The notes under the pieces are model-generated. The model saw only the letters and a list, made by a program, of their open reading frames with translations, had not been told where the DNA came from and searched no databases. A DNA stretch of 64,000 nucleotides from Enoplolaimus lenunculus (lineage: Eukaryota): positions 62,001 through 126,000 of the forward strand of contig JASANG010003005.1 in the NCBI GenBank assembly GCA_030248215.1. The letters run 5' to 3'. The translations under genes were made by a program, and so were the position numbers. Below are positions 58,101 through 64,000 of this stretch, in pieces; position 1 is the first letter of the stretch, and the number at the start of each line of letters is the position of its first letter.

Positions 58101-61100
58101 TCCGGCCCTGTTCTATACATGGGTCAAATAGGCCTTTCCGGCCCTGTTCTATACATGGGTCAAATAGGCCTTTCCGGCCCTGTTCTATACATGGGTCAAA
58201 TTGGCCTTTCCGGCCATGTTCTATACATGGGTCAAATTGGCCTTTCCGGCCCTGTTCTATACATGGGTCAAATTGGCCTTTCCGGCCCTGTTCTATACAT
58301 GGGTCAAATTGGCCTTTCCGGCCCTATTCTATAATTGGGTCAAATAGGCCTTTCCGGCCCTGTTCTATACATGGGTCAAATAGGCCTTTCCGGCCCTGTT
58401 CTATACATGGGTCAAATAGGCCTTTCCGGCCCTGTTCTATACATGGGTCAAATTGGCCTTTCCGGCCCTGTTCTATACATGGGTCAAATTGGCCTTTCCG
58501 GCCCTGTTCTATACATGGGTCAAATTGGCCTTTCCGGCCCTATTCTATAATTGGGTCAAATAGGCCTTTCCGGCCCTGTTCTATACATGGGTCAAATAGG
58601 CCTTTCCGGCCCTGTTCCATACATGGGTCAAATTGGCCTTTCCGGCCCTGTTCTATACATGGGTCAAATTGGCCTTTCCGGCCCTGTTCTATACATGGGT
58701 CAAATAGGCCTTTCCGGCCCTGTTCTAAACATGGGTCAAATAGGCCTTTCCGGCCCTGTTCTATACATGGGTCAAATAGGCCTTTCCGGCCATTTTCTAT
58801 ACATGGGTCAAATAGGCCTTTCCGGCCATTTTCTATACATGGGTCCAATTGGCCTTTCCGGCCCTGTTCTATGCATGGGCCAAATTTTCGAACGCAATGT
58901 TTTAGCTTATATATACAAAATATTTAAAACCATGTTTACCTTTCACCGCCGATGTGGTAAAATGTTTTGGAATGCAATTTTAATCTTGTTTGCATTGCGT
59001 GTGTCTTTTAGCGCAGATGATTTCAATGATCTGCTGCAAACAAATGTCGCCGTTTGGAATAATGGTACAGTGCTATGGGCGCCTCCCGTTAAACTGCGGT
59101 CAATGTGTGCACTTGATGTTTCGTATTTTCCGTTCGACGAACAAATGTGCCACTTAATATTTGGATCTTGGATATACGACGGTGGACAGGTCTATAGTTG
59201 AATTGCAGTTAAACTCTTAATTCTTTGCATATGCAAGATTTCAAATTCGGGTGAAATTTCAAATACTGAAACGCTCGGAACGAAACTTTAAAGCCGGTGC
59301 TACGGCTTGAATTGGTATTTCTGTAAATGAATTTGACAGTAAAATGATTTCAATATGAAAACTGTCTGTTTTAATATCTGATTTGTAAAGAATTAAAATA
59401 AAGTAAGGACAGCCGAAAATTATCACGTTTATGTTTCGCTGAATATAAACTGTATTTTGAAATTTTCATAAAAACCTTCATCTCATAGCGCACACTTTGC
59501 TTAAAGTTTCCTGTGTAACCGTTTTCTTGGCTTCAAATCTAACTTCAAACCTCCGTATTCAAATCCTTAAGCACTCTCGAATAGGGCAGCGTTTACCATT
59601 ATCGCTAAAAAATTCGAACAATGTGCTCGAGACCAAAGGGACTCTTGGCTATTGAGGAGATTTTGAAAACCCATACGAGTAATAATTGATAAACACGAGG
59701 CATTGACTGGGTTTCTAAAATCTTACTAAAGTATTTACTTTTAAGCTATGCTTAAGTAATTACTTAGGCCGCTGACTTAAGTGAATACTAAACTTTTCGA
59801 ACCAAACATGTAGACGCCAAATGTGAACCACTGTCATAACAAAAGTAACAGTTTTGATTTAAGGAGGCACCGCGAGTGTGCAATTTCAGTTGGATCAACG
59901 TTTGTATACCTGAACGGTTAATTTGTAATCTGTCAGATCAGCGGCATAAGTATTTACTTGACTTAAGTACGCTTTTAAAACCGACAAAGTGGCTAAGTCA
60001 TTACTTAGCACGTACTTAAGTACCAAGTGATACTTAAGTAGGGTATCAGAAACCCAACCATTGTCTTTTTCACTTATATAATCAACTTGTAGTTTAGTCG
60101 CTTATTATTCGGCCAGTGTTACTTTTAGGGCCGTAGCAGTAGATTAATTAGCGTATATTGCTAAGCTTAAGCCTAAGCCTAAGCGTTGCACAAGCGTATT
60201 CCTATACCTAAGCCTAACCCTAAGTCTAATCCTAAGCCTAAGCAAAAAAGTAGTCTCGAATGTAAACCGATTCTTTTACAGAGCCACCAGAAACCGGGAC
60301 GGCCCTAAAAGTGACATGGGCCGTATATTCTACACGGAAACAGTATTAAGTATATTTAGATCGATGTAACAAACCGATCAAGTACAATAGTCATGGACAG
60401 TACAACGTACATCGACAATGGAGAATGGCAAATATTACAAACAGGCGTCCGGCGTCATGTCCGGTCGCATAAATGCTGCCCGGATGCACGATCCCCGGAA
60501 ATTATATTCACGATTCATCTACGTCGACGTACGCTGTACTATATGTACAATATTGTCATTCCGTGTATTATGTTATCAGCTTTAACACTGGTACAGTTTT
60601 ATTTACCGTCCGAGTCAGGCGAAAAAGTGACGCTTGGGCTAACGGTGCTGCTTGCATACTCAGTGTTTAGCTTGAATATTGGCGAAAGTTTGCCCGAAAC
60701 GTCAGACGTCATACCACTGTTGGGTAAGGCACAGCGAATGTTTATACTACTGGTTAAAAGGGTTTTGTTTAGTATTTTAGCACGTTTTGTGGCCAGTGTT
60801 ACTTTTAGGGGCGCAACAGTAGATTAAGCGTATTCCTAAGCCTAAGCCTAACCGTTGGAAAAGTGTGTTCCTAAGCCTATTAAGCTTAAGCCTAAAAGCC
60901 TAAGCCTAAGCCTAAACCTAAGCCTAAGCCTAAGCTTAAGCCTAAATCTAACCAAAAATTGCAATCAAGAATCTAAACTCACTCTTTTATAGACCCACCA
61001 GAAAACTTCAAAAGTCGCGTACAACGATGCGTTATGAAAATTTTAGGGTTTAAAGAAAAAAACTATTGCAAAACAATTGCGCCCGCAGGAAATAGACAAG

Positions 61101-64000
61101 TAAACTTCAAGAGTAAGAGAAATAATCACAAAGTGTAAGTTTTTCACAGTAGTATCAGAAATATGATTGGCATAACAGCATAGAATTATTAAAATTGACT
61201 TAAAATCTTTACATTACATGTGTGACAGAAAATATATCTAAAAGTAATGGTATAAATTTTTGCAGTTTCCAAAAACAATATGCGGCAGGTTAAAATACCG
61301 GAGCCGGATGTCGATTACGGCAAAGAAAAATTGGAAAAGTTTTCAAATTCCATTTTCCACTGATACGTTTTTTCCAAACTCAAGTCTGAAAAAGGCATTT
61401 TTGATTTGCACAAGCCGGACACAAATTAAAGTGGATGACGCATAATTTTATTAAACTCTCCCTCTAAAAGAATCGATTAAAATTTTAACCCTAAGAATTT
61501 CAATCAATATATTTAAAAAATGTCTGCTATTATTTATTACATTACACTGTAAATTTCAGTGAGTTGATTTTAACTCATGAGTTGAATCATTGAGTTGAGT
61601 TAGGACTATCAGAACTCAGAATTTCGAGTTGATTCTAATAATTCTGAGTTAATTAATCAACTCACCCAGAGTCAACTCAAACTCAGAGTGAGAATCAGTT
61701 CAACTCAGAGTGAGTTATTAATGTTTACTGATTTTAATTCACAAATAGCTAACTCACTAGCTAGCTTTAATCAATTAATTAACTCATTGAAATTCATACA
61801 GTGTAGGCGTAGTGATTGTGTTGTTAGGTTGCTGGTTCACGTATATATTACTGAGTATTTGTTTGGTTTCAGCCATTTACATCATGTGCATAATGGGAAT
61901 TTCGGCTCTTAGTGTAACGCTGTCTGTTATTGTTCTCAATATTCATCATGCACGATCCAATCAAAAACAACTTCCAAACTGGTTACATTTTCTTGCTTAC
62001 AGGCATGGAATTATATTAATTCTGTTACCGCTACTCTGTAAATTCCAGTGAGTTGATTTTAAACTCAGAATGAGTTGAATCACTCAGTCTGAGTTAGGAT
62101 TATCAGAACTCAGAATTGTGAGTGAACAAAATTCCCTCTGCGTTAATTATTCAACTCACCCGGAATCAACTAAACTCGCAGTAGGAATAAACTCAACTCA
62201 GAGTGACCGATATTAACTTCCTAATAACTAACTCTGTTGCTGATATGATTAATCAAGTGATTGGAATTTACAGTGTATATATTGTACATTTTCTCACCAC
62301 AAGCTTTAGCCTAAGCCTAAACCTAAACCAACACAATGACAATATTTATACGTTATGTTGAAATTCGAAAACTGTTAGAGTCGTATGTTTTACAAGGCTG
62401 AAAATTTTAAAAGTTCGGACATTAGTCTTAAAAAACAGATATTTGTGTTCAAAATGTTAAAACTTGAATTTCTTATGTTCAAGGAAATAATGCAACAAAT
62501 TTATTCTGAAACAAAGTTAAACAAAAGCCCAACGCAGTAGACGAAACCAAAAATTTTATGAAACCAAAGAGGATTTCAACTTCTCTCGATGCCAGATATG
62601 ATCAAATATTTGCACCATTTTCTAGAGAGATAGGACCCTCTGACTGTATATACTGTCTGTTGACAACGGGTTCACACACTTATCACGCAGAGTGCAACCG
62701 GAGGGGAAAAGTACCGGAGCTGGAGGTGAGCAAAACTTGCCGGAACCGGAGGTGAGACGAAATTTAGGTAGTCAATTTGACGTTTAATTTGTCACTTTTA
62801 GCAAATATCTACAATATGCTGGTAAATTGTTTTTACGCTTATTTTTTACGAAATTTGGGCACTTCTTTCCTCAAGATTTTGCGAGAAGTTAAAACGAAAC
62901 TCGTCAAGCAAATAAATGTTGTGCAACTTTGCAAAATTTTCCTACCGAAATTGCCGAAACCTCCGGCATAAATTTTACCGGTGCCGGAGCCGGAGGTCAA
63001 TTTTGTTTCGGAGCCGTAGCCGGAGGTCAATTTTGTTTCGGAGCCGTAGCCGGAGGTCAATTTTCTGCCGGATCCGGAGCCGGAGGCAGACTTCCGGTTG
63101 CACCCTGTTATCACCGGATCAACACTGCCCGCAGTTTTTGAAATGTTGTATTGGATTGTAGTGATGCGGATTACATCACAAGTCTGGCACAGGTTCGTAA
63201 CCAAAGGATAATTGAGGGCTTCAGCCCCGCTAAAAATTTTGATCCCCTAACAAATTTTTAGGACGCTTGTAAAGGGTTGGGAAATCAACAGCGTTGCTTT
63301 CCTAAGATTGTTATATCCTCTTAGAAAGCAAAGCTGTACACAAAAAAGTGTTTCTGAATTTATTCAGAAAAGTATTTTCTGAATTTATTCAGAAAAGTAT
63401 TTTCTGTGGCAAATCTGAAAAGTTTTTCTAATATTTAAGACAATGTTTCTAAAAATAACATGAAAACGTTTATTTTCAGAGTTTATTTCAAAACTTTATT
63501 GAAAATGTTTCGCTTTTATAACAGAAATACTTTTCAAGTGCACCATGCTAACCATATTTCTTAAATGTAAGAAATTTTTTTCTTAAATATCACAAATATT
63601 ACATTGAGTGTGGATACGGGTGTTGTTTTGTTGCAGAATCATTGCACCGCTAATCCGCTGGGAAGACCATACCCACGAATCGTTTAAATCCAACAGTCAA
63701 GACGTCCGTCGACACGGCAAACGAAAACCATCCACGCGACGAGAAGCTAAAACCCTTGAAGAAATGGGCGTATTTTCAAAATTGATGCACAGTATGAGCG
63801 AAGGACTAGCGTTACAGCAACAACAAAATAAAAAATCACATCCGAACGAGGAATCAGCAATTGAAAAAGATAACAAGCCAGGATCGAAAAATTCAACATC
63901 GTTTCGGGTGGTTAATGCAGACGGCAGCAGTTATTCGTTGTCTGGTCAAATAGCAGCTGGCAATTTGAATTCAGACGCTTCAAAACGTGTTGTTGTCGAA
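50794..64000 (+). CDS. Nicotinic acetylcholine receptor alpha-like subunit (Cys-loop cation channel); 5' signal-peptide exon not located, 3' end outside window
   Basis: Exons 50794-50999 (EHRLLRAILTNYDRSVRP), 52959-53113 (DEKNQVLCLNIWLEQEW...WTPDIVLYNN), 59012-59189 (Cys-loop CALDVSYFPFDEQMC, GSWIY), 60360-60723 (HKCC, TM1, SGEKVTLGLTVLLAYSVF TM2), 61873-62002 (TM3), 63637->64000 (intracellular loop, open to edge). Phases consistent. Confidence 0.93.
52727..52942. mobile_element. CACTG-terminated MITE family B; copies at 61545-61803 and 62034-62275
   Basis: cactgtaaatt...aatttacagtg, TA-flanked, with many aactca/tgagtt subterminal motifs. Confidence 0.75.
53606..53779. mobile_element. hAT-like MITE
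   Basis: cacgcccgtagcca...tggctacggacccg with perfect 8-bp TSD AAACAGAT. Confidence 0.75.
53833..54300. mobile_element. TTAGGC MITE with nested piggyBac-like MITE (53851-54113, TTAA TSD)
   Basis: ggccaatggtgct[TTAA ccc...ggg TTAA]ggcaacagcagatt...(taagcc)...taacatgagcc. Confidence 0.8.
54658..58881. repeat. 36-bp tandem satellite (about 117 units) in nAChR intron
   Basis: Unit TTTCCGGCCCTGTTCTATACATGGGTCAAATTGGCC. Begins inside the TTAGGC MITE starting at 54532 and ends in its terminus catgggcc. Confidence 0.97.
60111..61005. mobile_element. Two TTAGGC MITEs flanking the nAChR loop C-TM2 exon (60111-60322 and 60790-61005)
   Basis: ggccagtgttacttttagg...(taagcc)n...ccaccagaaa; same subfamily as 39053 and 53250-53516. 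Confidence 0.75.
62688..63107. mobile_element. hAT-like MITE with internal 30-bp repeats
   Basis: cagagtgcaaccgg...ccggttgcaccctg; TSD ttatcacg/ttatcacc. Confidence 0.7.

Noticed and set aside
54658..58881. CRISPR-like 36-bp repeat
   Set aside because: Units are head-to-tail with no unique spacers, there are no cas genes, and the context is eukaryotic.
54595..58927. Long repetitive ORFs (up to 841 aa; RPCSIHGSNWPF and DPCIEQGRKGQF repeats)
   Set aside because: Artefacts of a 36-bp (multiple of 3) stop-poor satellite inside an nAChR intron, open in several frames on both strands.
63350..63406. Short duplicated palindromic motif ttctgaatttattcagaa
   Set aside because: Two-copy local slippage in AT-rich intron, with no further support.

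Overview
Eukaryotic, AT-rich, intron-rich animal DNA. Interstitial TTAGGC (nematode-type telomeric) repeats together with an intact NF1 suggest an early-branching (Enoplea-like) nematode, though this is an inference. Three protein-coding genes were found. (1) Neurofibromin (NF1) on the minus strand: 47 hand-traced, phase-consistent coding exons from ATG 34678 to 117 (about 2100 aa, RasGAP and Sec14-PH domains), continuing off the left edge. (2) An intronless 639-aa four-TM protein (39845-41764, minus). (3) A nicotinic acetylcholine receptor alpha-like subunit on the plus strand (exons from 50794 to beyond 64000) with an atypical HKCC loop C. Introns and intergenic DNA carry many non-autonomous elements: DINE-1/HINE-like Helentron derivatives with 175-bp tandem repeats; about 20 TTAGGC-bearing MITEs; a 4.2-kb 36-bp satellite grown from one MITE terminus; piggyBac-, hAT-, CACTA/EnSpm- and Tc1-like MITEs (several nested, with empty sites visible in sister copies); tRNA-derived SINE-like units; and a BEL/Pao gag remnant. 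The most notable signals are at the nAChR locus: a fold-back duplicate of a splice acceptor and exon start, an in-frame MITE-supplied donor competing with a GC donor, and loss of both loop-C tyrosines. Comparisons with human NF1 and DINE-1 are from memory, not from database searches.
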